Shown: positions 30,810-40,805 of the stretch, piece by piece
Layout: the number at the start of each line of letters is the position of its first letter
Numbering within the stretch: the stretch's first letter is position 1
NCBI GenBank assembly: GCA_021833245.1
Contig: JAKBGA010000001.1
Coordinates: 7,466-71,465, forward strand
Origin: a bacterium
GTDB taxonomy: Bacteria; Patescibacteriota; Minisyncoccia; Phycocordibacterales; Phycocordibacteraceae
Reading direction: 5' to 3'
DNA: 64,000 bases
Notes under the pieces: generated by a model
Databases searched by the model: none
The model's input: only the letters and a program-made list of their open reading frames with translations
What the model was told of the DNA's origin: nothing
Position numbers and translations under genes: made by a program

Positions 30810-32819
30810 TTATTCCATATCCTTATCTTCTTTTGCTGCTGCTTTTTTTAAATTCGCGACAAACTCATCAAGCATCCGCTGTTCCTTTGTTTTGCTAATA
30901 TCGGCACTGATACGAGATCCGGCTATATTTGCGGCCGTTCCAAGAATTGGAATCTTACCCCATTTATTCTTAAGCCTGTCTGCATATTCTTGTTTAGAAC
31001 CTTTTTCGGAAGTTACGAAATCAACAGCAGCCTTTATCTTAGCTTCTTCTGCTTGAGCCGCCTCAAAATTCGTGGTTGCTTGCGCGAGTTTCGTACTTGT
31101 CGACGCAAGGTTTTGCTCGCCTGTCGCAAGATTTTTACGTGCGGTTCCTAATTGTCGTTCGGTTTCTTGCGCGGGAGCGTCATTGACGTGAAATGCGTCA
31201 TTTCTTGCTTTTTCTTTCTCGAGACGTTCAACTTCCTCTTTCAACCTTGCCTGTTCCTGTTTGGCTGTTTCGTGTTCGTCTTTTGCCGTACTATGCGCGG
31301 CCGCCACCTCTGCCGTTTTATCTGATGCTTTTTTGAGCGACTTTGTTTCCTCAGCGGTTCTACCACGACCTTTCACGTCAGCTGCTATTTTGTTGTACGA
31401 TTTTACGCTGGAATTAAGGTCTGCGGTATAGCCGCCCTTATGCCCTTTCCCGAGATCGAGACCGGCTCCTCTTGCCATTCCGGCTAATTTCGTGTTGCGA
31501 ACGTCAAAGCTCGCATTCGCCACTCGCTTTTCAAGTGTATCCGCGATACCCCTGCCGACAAAGGTGCGGCCGAATGCCGTGTTACTCAATTTTTTTGCGG
31601 CATAACTACCACCAAGCCCTATAGTGTGTCGTCCCGTCCAGCCAATGCCACCTGCAGCAAGAGTTGCTCCGGAGAGTTTACTGGCTAGCTTAGTCGCCCC
31701 CGCAGCACCGATAGCACCCAGGTCCTTCGCCTTGATGGTTACGTAGAGTAGGAGTCCCATTGCGACGAGGAAGGAAAGCAATATTCCAGCGAAACCGGTA
31801 AGATTTGTGTTATTCAAGAACCCGAGCCACCCTCCAGACGCCACATTAAACCCAGTAATGAAATGCGCATCGGTAATAACGGCAAGCGCAACGTAAAGTA
31901 GAAGGAGGAGAACTGGTGCCGTTATAGTTTGCTTAAAAAGCGCATCACGCCACTCTTTCGATTTTCCAGAGAGCGCGGGTACTGCAAAGCCCGCAAAACC
32001 AACCGGTGAAAGAATGATGAGAAAGATAAGTGCGACAAAACGCGCGATGAGTATAAACGCGAGCGAAAACATCACAAATGCCGTGGTCATAAATAGTATG
32101 ATGCTCAAAAATCCAATGAGCCATGAGTGATTGCCTGTGTAGATAGATGGATTACTCGTTGGATATAGGGTTGAAAATCCCAATTGAGACATGATTGCAG
32201 TCGAGATTCCTTCGTTCGAAGGACTCGTATTCGCCAATGAGGCAGGCGTCGGCAAAGAGCCTCCATTAATTTGCGTATAGAACTGGGTTGCAAGAAGATT
32301 GCCTACATCGATCACTGCCTCAGACAGGAAGAGGGAAAAATTAAGGAAGATTGCTGAAATGAGCAGAGCGGGAAGCATCTTTTTCCCCCATCCATAAAAA
32401 TCAAGATCGAGAATCGTTGCAATTCCAGCGGCAAGAAAGCCGAATATTAAAAATATATTTCCGAGATCGCGCATGATTCTCCATGCGGTGCCAACGGCGG
32501 AAAGGTGTGTAACATAGGCACCCATGTTTATAACGGTATAGTATACCGAGTAGTCAAGCGTGAGTGCCGCGACACCAACGAGCCAGGCAAATAGACTTAC
32601 AATCCACGTCATAATGCTATTAAATCCGCTAGCGGTAGTCTGTCCTGGATTTGAATTAATAGGCGAATCTGAGCCGAGGGGAACTGAGGCACTCGCTGAT
32701 ACCGATGTAGCTGGCGCGACTGTAACTGTGGAGGATGCAGCATGTACAGCGTGCGCAATACCCACCGTACTTGTAATGAGTGCTAGGGTTATGATCGAAA
32801 TGAAGAGGAAGCGACGCAT
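30810..32819 (-). CDS. VirB6/TrbL-like polytopic membrane protein with C-terminal coiled coil
   Basis: WRIMRDLGN, AIFLNFSLFL..VID, ARFVALIFLIILSP, many TMs, Gly-rich then coiled-coil tail. Confidence 0.6.
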   Translation of the reverse strand: MRRFLFISIITLALITSTVGIAHAVHAASSTVTVAPATSVSASASVPLGSDSPINSNPGQTTASGFNSIMTWIVSLFAWLVGVAALTLDYSVYYTVINMGAYVTHLSAVGTAWRIMRDLGNIFLIFGFLAAGIATILDLDFYGWGKKMLPALLISAIFLNFSLFLSEAVIDVGNLLATQFYTQINGGSLPTPASLANTSPSNEGISTAIMSQLGFSTLYPTSNPSIYTGNHSWLIGFLSIILFMTTAFVMFSLAFILIARFVALIFLIILSPVGFAGFAVPALSGKSKEWRDALFKQTITAPVLLLLLYVALAVITDAHFITGFNVASGGWLGFLNNTNLTGFAGILLSFLVAMGLLLYVTIKAKDLGAIGAAGATKLASKLSGATLAAGGIGWTGRHTIGLGGSYAAKKLSNTAFGRTFVGRGIADTLEKRVANASFDVRNTKLAGMARGAGLDLGKGHKGGYTADLNSSVKSYNKIAADVKGRGRTAEETKSLKKASDKTAEVAAAHSTAKDEHETAKQEQARLKEEVERLEKEKARNDAFHVNDAPAQETERQLGTARKNLATGEQNLASTSTKLAQATTNFEAAQAEEAKIKAAVDFVTSEKGSKQEYADRLKNKWGKIPILGTAANIAGSRISADISKTKEQRMLDEFVANLKKAAAKEDKDME

Positions 32820-32821
32820 AA

Positions 32822-34576
32822 TTATCCGCCGAGAGATGCCGGCAAGGTGCAAACTGCGCGCAATGTGGCCGAATTCGCGTTTGTACTAATTAGATTCATT
32901 TGATCGACGAGTGTGCCGCCCGAGACCGTAAGCGAGACGGTATTTGCTGGAGTCGATGTCGCTCCTCCGAAGACCTGTGCGTTTTGCTGCGCACTTGCAA
33001 CATCATTTGCTGAAGGGGGCATTCCGGCGAGAGTTTGAGTATCAGTACCTAATGTGGAAGAATCTGTCGTATCTACCGTCTCGATTTTGTTCACGAGTGC
33101 TTGCGTAGGCGCAACATAGCCGAGCGCATTCTGTGCCTGTGTTATCACGGGATTTATTTCGGTCTGAATTGCGGCCTGTGCCGCGTTCGCTTCAGCCGTT
33201 GAGGAGGCGATAAACGTCATGAGTTCTGAATTTGAGATTTGCGATAAGGTTGGATTGCCGCTTGTGAAAGCGGTCGACGGTGATGAGGAAGAAACTTCCA
33301 GAGAAGTATTCGCTGCATTTGCGGCTGCTGTGCAAAAACTTGCGAGTGACGCCGCGCTTGTCGAGGCATTATTCGCGGCGGATGCGATCGTGTCCCACGC
33401 AGTTGTATAACTTGTAACGTTATTTGATACCGTCTGTGCCATTGCAGTCGCCGCTGCCGCCACGGATGTCGTATCTGGTGAGTAGTTATTTAGTTGTGTA
33501 GAAAGAGATGGGCTCACTGAACTTGAAGACTGTGAAGCTCCGAGGAGACCATTAACACCCCCCATTACTTGACTAAAGATGTCTCCTACAATCGCGCTAA
33601 GTGCACCATCGATTTGGTTTGCAGAGATAAGTTGCGCATATTCTTGACTGAAACCTGCGTCAACAACAGCCTTTTGCGCGTAACCGGAAATAACGGAACC
33701 CGGAGTCTCCACATAGCCAGGGGAGCCATCTTTATTGAAACAGGTAGCGCTCGTGGTAAATCCATTTGATGTTGGTGTAAATCCGCTATTTGTTGATGTG
33801 GTGGGATCGTAGGTAGGAGGTCCTCCGCCACACCATGAAAGAAATCCTCCTGATTGGAGCAGATCTTGTTGTCGATTCCCTTGCGCTTGACTCACGAGAG
33901 CGCCGAGTTGGCCCTGTGCCGCTTGATCGAGCATATAGGGGTTATTTTGAGACTCGGTTGTAAGCGCGAGCCATGAACCAACACCTCCTTGCGACCAGTT
34001 ACCCGCGAGATAAGAATTTATATCGGGAGATGATTGGTCAAGTGTGCACTGATTCGCCGCGTAGAAACCGGCGAGATCTGTCCCACGCACGTAAGAATTC
34101 TGAAGTGATTCAGCGATTGCACTCCCGAATGGCGAATTAAATACACCCTGGGAGATTTCGCCTATGAAAGGTTCTGCGACTGCATCTCCAACCGCTTGTA
34201 AATTCACTGCAATATTCGGTACAAATGATGGTTGACCAGTACTATTAGATCCATTGATGAAGTTAATTATGCGTGCCGTCATGCTTTGCAAGAGTGTTTT
34301 AATAGCCGCCTGAGCCAATGGGATAAGTATTATTGAATTTATGCACGAACCTAAAGTCGCACCTGCCGACATGTTTGTCGTCATATCCTCTACCCCAGAG
34401 TTATTGGGAACACTTGCGGCGCTACTGAATGCGCTGGCGGCGGCGCTAACAAGACCCCCCATACAACTTGGCCCGGAAGCTAATACCGGCTGCGGTGCAC
34501 TGAAAAATACTGCGGATACCACAAGCGTGAGAGTGAGTAGTATCGCGAGCACGTTGGTAAAAGGTTTTTTGCTCAT
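32822..34576 (-). CDS. Large exported protein with Cys pairs (possible T4SS-associated)
   Basis: Signal peptide; GGFLSW.C and TPGSVI motifs; S/T/A-rich; co-oriented with VirB6-like gene. Confidence 0.55.
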   Translation of the reverse strand: MSKKPFTNVLAILLTLTLVVSAVFFSAPQPVLASGPSCMGGLVSAAASAFSSAASVPNNSGVEDMTTNMSAGATLGSCINSIILIPLAQAAIKTLLQSMTARIINFINGSNSTGQPSFVPNIAVNLQAVGDAVAEPFIGEISQGVFNSPFGSAIAESLQNSYVRGTDLAGFYAANQCTLDQSSPDINSYLAGNWSQGGVGSWLALTTESQNNPYMLDQAAQGQLGALVSQAQGNRQQDLLQSGGFLSWCGGGPPTYDPTTSTNSGFTPTSNGFTTSATCFNKDGSPGYVETPGSVISGYAQKAVVDAGFSQEYAQLISANQIDGALSAIVGDIFSQVMGGVNGLLGASQSSSSVSPSLSTQLNNYSPDTTSVAAAATAMAQTVSNNVTSYTTAWDTIASAANNASTSAASLASFCTAAANAANTSLEVSSSSPSTAFTSGNPTLSQISNSELMTFIASSTAEANAAQAAIQTEINPVITQAQNALGYVAPTQALVNKIETVDTTDSSTLGTDTQTLAGMPPSANDVASAQQNAQVFGGATSTPANTVSLTVSGGTLVDQMNLISTNANSATLRAVCTLPASLGG

Positions 34577-35628
34577 TGTTTTCCAGTCGCAGCCTGTTGT
34601 CGCGCGGTCAGATTAGCCATGGCATTTACAAATAACGCCCCTGGCGTTCCGGCAGGAAGCGTGACACCCGCCACCGCGTAAATATTGGCAAGGGTGGTAA
34701 ACGCGTCCTCGACATTGAGTTCCGTCGAGGGGTACTGTTGAAGTGCGAATATCGTAGCCAAAGGGTCGGTGTTTACTCGTGCAAAGTCTGCGTAAATTTC
34801 ACTCAGACGCATAATCGAGTTTATGATTACCAGATCGACAGGCGCAAGTTCTTGCGGCACTTGAAGCACCGCAATTCCGCTAGCTAATTTTCTATACGCA
34901 TTTGAAAGTGTGACGAGGTTGGCAAGTGCGGAGGTGTTACCGTCTTCCACGACAGACTGCAAATATCCGACTCCACTCATCGTCGTGTTAACTGCATTTT
35001 CTTTTAATACCGCTCCCGCTGCGACTGCAAAATTCTTAAGCGCAGAAGTTCCCGTACCGTAAACCGCAAGGTCTTTCGCATTTTTGAAATCAGCCGTTAA
35101 TGACACTTGCTGCAAAAGTTGGGTTATAGCCTGCTCGGCGAGAGTATTTTCCTGACTAGCCGTGAGACCGACACCGCCGTTTGTCTGTTCCGCCGAAAGG
35201 TAGAGTGTGAAAAAATCTTTCGCAAAAGTATCGGTTAGGGTGCCTTCGGTCGGAGCGGTGAGTCCGTATGTGGCATAGTCAATGCTGGTACTTGCCACGG
35301 GTGTTGAGGTTGCAATTGGAATATCTGCGATTGCTTTGGGGACAATGAGACCTTTTGCAACAGCTTCTCCATCAGTCATACCGAGGTGGAAATAGTCGGT
35401 GGTGGTGCTATTTACGGGAATTCCATATAGCGGTTTCTCCCAGTCAGGAAGGCCGTCACCATTTGAATCTTTTGTGGCTATTGCTTGCAAGAGAGCCGTT
35501 TCGGTAAACGCCTGCGCCACGGGTGGATCCCCGACACCACGCGCAAGCACGTATACACCAACAATAAGCGCAATTGAGAAAAGCGTTGCGGCTGGAACTC
35601 TCCAATTTCTAAGAAATTTTCCCCTCAT
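34573..35628 (-). CDS. Membrane-anchored protein with DxDxDG Ca-binding-like loop
   Basis: N-terminal TM; KDSNGDGLPDWE; overlaps next gene by 4 nt. Confidence 0.65.
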   Translation of the reverse strand: MRGKFLRNWRVPAATLFSIALIVGVYVLARGVGDPPVAQAFTETALLQAIATKDSNGDGLPDWEKPLYGIPVNSTTTDYFHLGMTDGEAVAKGLIVPKAIADIPIATSTPVASTSIDYATYGLTAPTEGTLTDTFAKDFFTLYLSAEQTNGGVGLTASQENTLAEQAITQLLQQVSLTADFKNAKDLAVYGTGTSALKNFAVAAGAVLKENAVNTTMSGVGYLQSVVEDGNTSALANLVTLSNAYRKLASGIAVLQVPQELAPVDLVIINSIMRLSEIYADFARVNTDPLATIFALQQYPSTELNVEDAFTTLANIYAVAGVTLPAGTPGALFVNAMANLTARQQAATGKQ

Positions 35629-35704
35629 ACGTATGCTGCCCTTAAAGTATAGCAGTCATGACGAAAAGAACTGTCGTAATCTGTGCATATGATATTATTT
35701 CACC

Positions 35705-36679
35705 ATGAAAAAAATCGTGCGGATCTGTTTACTGGGAATCAGTGTTTCTCTTGGTTTTATTTTTCTTTGTGGAAGCATTCAGAAGGTATCGGCTACTTCT
35801 GTTTTATTTGACCGCCCACTTATGATTGGCTCTCAGGGAAAAGATGTCTACGCGTTACAAAAAATCCTCAACAAGAATCCGGCAACACGCATACAGGGTG
35901 TCGGACCTGGATCCCCAGGGAAAGAAACTTTCTATTTCGGCTATCTTACGCAAAATGCCGTCATTCGTTTTCAGGACAAATATGCAGACGAAATCCTAGC
36001 GCCTGCAGGGCTTACCCAAGGCAGTGGATATGTCGGATATTACACGATGGATAAACTCAATGCACTTTCAACAGTAAACCCGAATTCTCAAACTATACCG
36101 TTAGCGGCTTCATCAACCGTGTTGTCTCAAAATCCGAATTTGGCTCACCTGAATGAATTCATCGCAGCAATAGATGCGCTTGGGAAGAAGCAAGGGATGG
36201 ACGCCACAAAACTCATATCTATCGAAAAAGCCATACGAACGACCGCGGCCTCCTCCACGACTGACTTTCGAAAAGAATTTCTCAAGGAGGCGCCGCTCGC
36301 AATCGCAGGAACAGCATATTCCTCCATGCCAGGATTCCCGGGCATCATCCGGGATGTTTTAGTATCCCTAGGTCTCGTCCATGTTGCGGAAGCAGGAAGT
36401 GGTGTTCCATTTGGAGGCGCACTCACATACGCAATTCCCTGCACATGTGCAGAGGGTGTCTGGTATATTTTTATCCGACCGCTACCTCCCTCATACGCAA
36501 CACTCTTGAGTTATGAAACGGGAACCCAATTATTCGAAAGTTACAACACACCAATGACAACTGAACTGCTTGGATTCTATACACCCGGTCCGCCTGCGTG
36601 TTGGTTTTATGCTGGGGTAACTTGCGCTTTTCTTCCCCAGGAAGGCCTCATTTCTCCCGTGCTCGGTTCTGCTCCGTAG
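35705..36679 (+). CDS. Peptidoglycan-binding domain protein with Cys-rich C-terminus
   Basis: L.IGSQGKDV..LQ..L, FG.LT..AV.RFQ; PFGG..PCTC. Confidence 0.75.
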   Translation: MKKIVRICLLGISVSLGFIFLCGSIQKVSATSVLFDRPLMIGSQGKDVYALQKILNKNPATRIQGVGPGSPGKETFYFGYLTQNAVIRFQDKYADEILAPAGLTQGSGYVGYYTMDKLNALSTVNPNSQTIPLAASSTVLSQNPNLAHLNEFIAAIDALGKKQGMDATKLISIEKAIRTTAASSTTDFRKEFLKEAPLAIAGTAYSSMPGFPGIIRDVLVSLGLVHVAEAGSGVPFGGALTYAIPCTCAEGVWYIFIRPLPPSYATLLSYETGTQLFESYNTPMTTELLGFYTPGPPACWFYAGVTCAFLPQEGLISPVLGSAP

Positions 36680-37418
36680 AAAGCGCGAGCCACGCAGACA
36701 GCGACAGGTCTTCCGCGCGCGCCTTTTCCGGAATGTTCCCAGGAGAAAATCCCGCTTCGAGGAAATTTTTCCGCACAAATTTACGTTTATGTGCGAATCC
36801 TGCATGCAAAAGTTTGAAGAATTGTTTTTCTTCATTATGTGTAGAAAAACTCTTCCGTGAAATATTGCGGATAGTGAGCACAGCCGAATCCACCTTCGGT
36901 GCTGGTTTGAAAGCGCCGTGTGGAACTGTAAATTCATACTTTGGCGTACCGTACGCCTTCACTGAAAGCGAAAGGATGCTCTCTTTTTTTGAGCACGCAA
37001 TACGACGAACAACTTCCTTCTGTACCAAAAGAGTTATCGAGCTCGGTTGATTGCTTGATTCAAGGAACATGCGGAATATCTCGCCTGTAAGATAGTACGG
37101 TATGTTTGCGACAAGAACGTAGCCCTCTGGGAGTATCGTGGGATTGAAGGTGCGAATATCGCCTTCGGAAAGCTCGAGACGGCCTTCGGTAATCTCAGGC
37201 GCGAAATCAATACGCAGTTTTTTGAAAAGCTCCGGATCAGCTTCAAGCGCGATAACCTTCCTTGCCCGTTTTAAGAGTTCCCGCGTGAGCATGCCCGTCC
37301 CAGGGCCGATTTCAAACACGACTGCGTTATTCGCAAGCTCAGCAACCAGTGCGATGCGCTCTGCAATTCGCGCATGTACCAGAAAGTTCTGCCCGAGCGA
37401 TTTTTTAGCATACACCAT
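36648..37418 (-). CDS. rsmA: 16S rRNA dimethyladenosine transferase
   Basis: KKSLGQNFL, EIGPGTG, ANIPY, PAPKVDSA. Confidence 0.96.
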   Translation of the reverse strand: MVYAKKSLGQNFLVHARIAERIALVAELANNAVVFEIGPGTGMLTRELLKRARKVIALEADPELFKKLRIDFAPEITEGRLELSEGDIRTFNPTILPEGYVLVANIPYYLTGEIFRMFLESSNQPSSITLLVQKEVVRRIACSKKESILSLSVKAYGTPKYEFTVPHGAFKPAPKVDSAVLTIRNISRKSFSTHNEEKQFFKLLHAGFAHKRKFVRKNFLEAGFSPGNIPEKARAEDLSLSAWLALSTEQNRAREK

Positions 37419-37651
37419 ACTCCTGATGATAGCCTGTTCCTTGGCATTTTTCCGTATGTTGACAACTGGCGATGCGATACATATTCATCTACACAACCTA
37501 GCTTGGTAAATGCACAGACGTCACTATAGATTGATTGAGTGATGTCAGACTGAATGCTCGTCTTTTCTACAATTATAGCTTATTTCGTCGTAAATCCTAA
37601 CGCGATGTCTACATTGTTTTGAATGAATGGGCCCGTGGAAGAAATGATGAC

Positions 37652-38665
37652 CTACTGTTGAGTCGTAGTGGAATTCACATTGGGTTCATTGCCTATTAGG
37701 CTAGGCATAAAAAACGTAAAAAAGTAGTAGAAAGAGGCAAGGAGGACCAACAATCCCACAATGCCACTAGCGATGGGAAACCTTCGACCGGACGTCGGCT
37801 GCCTCGCGGCAAGTGCGGGTTTAAGAGTCGTGAGATTTTGATAGATTTTATAAAGATAAACGGCAGAAAAAGTGTTGATGAGCAACGTGATTATTGTGTT
37901 AATTATTATAAGCAACGTTATTTCTCCAGGCATGGTTATAAAAACAACACTTAGTAGCACCCTTAGTAGGTATATAGGTATGGTACATATATAGAGTAGT
38001 AAAAGTCTTACACAAATATCCCACCAATAACCCCGCACATACTCACGACTCTGGAGTAGCGCATTTAGCCCGCGTTTCCCTTCGATAACCAGCACGAAAG
38101 GACTGAATGAAAACCATATAGACATTATGACGCCCGGAACGATAAGCATGACAAAGCCGCCAGTCATAACGAAAAATATGAGAATCGCCACCCAGAGCAC
38201 GGAGAAAAGTAAGGAGAAACCAGCGCGAAATGATTGCATAATCCCGTCTCCCTTAGATAGAGCGTAGATGACACCCGTACTCGCAGGGAAAAGAAGCAAC
38301 AGGCTTAGAATATAGGCGAGACTCTGTGCCATTCCACCCATGATTTGCCCAAATCCTAAAAGAAGATAGGGAATGCCGATGAGTACTATGAGGGTCAGGA
38401 AGTGTTCTTTGTAAAGTGCGAAAGAATCTGAGAAAAGCTGTCCGATCGAGGCGAGCTCTTGGTTATTGCCAATCTGATTGGAAGGTATTACCGTTCGATC
38501 TCCATTTGACAATGGGGTTGGCGGTTGAGTCACGGTTGGATTCAGAGCCTCATTCACATCGGAAGCCTGCCATCCAGCGGCAATAAGGGATTTTGAAATT
38601 TCTTCTTTTGAGACCCCGGCGGCAAGCTGCTGCCGAACGTAGTCAAGGAGCTGTTGGTTAATCAT
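37652..38665 (-). CDS. Multi-pass membrane protein with conserved N-terminal helical module
   Basis: About 7 TMs; G...L..S..YVRGYWW motif. Confidence 0.75.
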   Translation of the reverse strand: MINQQLLDYVRQQLAAGVSKEEISKSLIAAGWQASDVNEALNPTVTQPPTPLSNGDRTVIPSNQIGNNQELASIGQLFSDSFALYKEHFLTLIVLIGIPYLLLGFGQIMGGMAQSLAYILSLLLLFPASTGVIYALSKGDGIMQSFRAGFSLLFSVLWVAILIFFVMTGGFVMLIVPGVIMSIWFSFSPFVLVIEGKRGLNALLQSREYVRGYWWDICVRLLLLYICTIPIYLLRVLLSVVFITMPGEITLLIIINTIITLLINTFSAVYLYKIYQNLTTLKPALAARQPTSGRRFPIASGIVGLLVLLASFYYFFTFFMPSLIGNEPNVNSTTTQQ

Positions 38666-38721
38666 TGAAACTAATTATGGCAGATAAATTATCAGAAAAT
38701 TGGTTATCCACAGGGAGGTAT

Positions 38722-40629
38722 TTAGTCTATATGAATATCAATGCCTTCTGTTTCGTCGTAAACCGCAAGCGAACGGTCGAGGTCATCTAGGAAGGACGAG
38801 GGTTCGGCCGCAAAGTCGCTGCCGTATATCTTGCGTACGCGTGCAAGTGTGAGAAAGAGACGCTCTTTCGCGCGTGTCATCGCGACATAAAAAAGCCGTC
38901 TCTCCTCTTCCTTATCACGATTGTTATCGCCACCCATCCCTTGGTGCGGGAAAAGACCCTCCTCCATACCACTCACGAAGACTGTGTTGAACTCAAGTCC
39001 TTTTGCCGCATGAACAGTCATGAGTGTAATACCTGTTCCCTTGCCTTGATCCATCTCATCTTGATCGCTCGCGAGAGCCGCCTCGGCAAGGAAAGCAGCA
39101 ATACCTTCCCTACCGGGCAGCGTATCATGTCGTGCGGCGACTGACGCAAGCTCTTCAACGTTTTCGAACCGTTCGCGATTCTCTGTGCTCCCTTCATCGA
39201 AAAGCATCTTGCCCATGCCGCTCTTCTCAACGACGAGCTTCACGAATTCTGAGGGAATAAGCGAGAGCGCATCCCGTGAGAGCTCATTCACGATACGCTC
39301 GAACGTTTCGACTCTTGCAAGTTCTCCGGCACGGAGCACGGAACGCTGTCCCGCCGCAAGCTTGCCGAGCGTCACGCGGCCAATCCCACGCGAAGGGTTC
39401 GCAGCGGCACGCAGTTTGTCCGCTTCGCGCGATGGATCGAGCGCAAGCCGCACCCATGCGAGCGTATCCTTTACTTCCTTGCGCGCGAAGAAGCGTGTGC
39501 CGATCAACTTGTACGGCACACCAGCCTTAAGCAGACCTTCTTCAAGCGCGCGGGATTGAAAGTTAGTACGAAAGAGCACTGCGACTTCCTCGGAGAGGGT
39601 ACCGGTCTTCATTAACTCCCGTATTTTCAAAGCAATCCAGCGTGCTTCGTCTTCGGCAGAGCGCGCTAGATGGATGACGATGGGTTCGCCTGCGGCGTTC
39701 TTGGTCGTCGAAGATTTCTCTTTGCGATTTTTATTCTTTTCGATGACTGTGTTCGCCGCGTTTACCAGATTCCTCGTCGAACGATAATTCTGCGCAAGAA
39801 TAATCGTCTGTGCTCCTGGATATGTCTTATCGAACCCGAGGAGATTCTCAATTGTCGCGCCACGCCAGGTATAAATGGTTTGATCAATGTCTCCAACGAC
39901 GAAGATATTTTTGTGTTTCGCTACGAGCAGATTTGCGAGACGACCTTGAAGCGCGCTCGTGTCCTGATATTCGTCGATGTGCAAATAGCGCCAACGATCC
40001 TGTGCGAGGGATCGGACATTAGCATGTTCCTCAAGCAGACGAAGCGGGAGCGCAATGAGGTCATCGAAATCGAGTGCTTTCTCCGTTGCGAGCACCTTTT
40101 CATACTGGAGCCATGTCTCTGCAACAACGCGCGAACCAAAACTACCGTGCGCATACTTCTCATAGAATTCGCTCATGCGCATCCCTTCCCCTTTTGCCCG
40201 TGAAATGCGGCCGAGCACTGAGCGCGGCGAGAGTTCCTTCGTCCCAATATCGAGCGCCTTGAGCACGGCAGTTATTGCTTTTTCTGAATCATCGCGATCG
40301 AACACCCTGAAGAAACGCGGAATACCGATGACCTTGCCATGACTCTCCAGTAATTCTCGGCCGAGACCATGGAAGGTTGCGATAAACGGCACAGCACGAT
40401 CATCACCGAGCATCGCGCGGATCCTGTTTCGCATCTCGCGGGCAGCCTTATTGGTGAATGTGACGGCGAGAATTTGGTCAGCTGGAACACCCTCACAGAT
40501 AAGATGGTATATACGCGTTATGAGTACGCGTGTTTTACCACTACCAGCACCTGCAAGAACCGAGATGGGGCCATCCAGAGCGAGTACTGCCCGCTTTTGT
40601 TCTTCATTCAATCCTTCAAGATAGTTCAT
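38722..40629 (-). CDS. pcrA: UvrD/PcrA ATP-dependent DNA helicase
   Basis: AGAGSGKT, TFTNKAA, DEYQDT, TVHAAKGLEF, EERRLFYVAMTRA. Confidence 0.93.
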   Translation of the reverse strand: MNYLEGLNEEQKRAVLALDGPISVLAGAGSGKTRVLITRIYHLICEGVPADQILAVTFTNKAAREMRNRIRAMLGDDRAVPFIATFHGLGRELLESHGKVIGIPRFFRVFDRDDSEKAITAVLKALDIGTKELSPRSVLGRISRAKGEGMRMSEFYEKYAHGSFGSRVVAETWLQYEKVLATEKALDFDDLIALPLRLLEEHANVRSLAQDRWRYLHIDEYQDTSALQGRLANLLVAKHKNIFVVGDIDQTIYTWRGATIENLLGFDKTYPGAQTIILAQNYRSTRNLVNAANTVIEKNKNRKEKSSTTKNAAGEPIVIHLARSAEDEARWIALKIRELMKTGTLSEEVAVLFRTNFQSRALEEGLLKAGVPYKLIGTRFFARKEVKDTLAWVRLALDPSREADKLRAAANPSRGIGRVTLGKLAAGQRSVLRAGELARVETFERIVNELSRDALSLIPSEFVKLVVEKSGMGKMLFDEGSTENRERFENVEELASVAARHDTLPGREGIAAFLAEAALASDQDEMDQGKGTGITLMTVHAAKGLEFNTVFVSGMEEGLFPHQGMGGDNNRDKEEERRLFYVAMTRAKERLFLTLARVRKIYGSDFAAEPSSFLDDLDRSLAVYDETEGIDIHID

Positions 40630-40805
40630 CGTTCGAAATATAACGCACAAATCGTTCTCCACAGCTATCGACCGAGGCGGTTGACTGTTGACCTTTTTCA
40701 GCTACACTATAACTTGTAGCTGATTAAGGATGTATTCAAGAAATGGCTTATGTACATTGTATGTAGGCCATTTTTGTATGCGAAAGACTCACCAGATTCC
40801 CTTGT

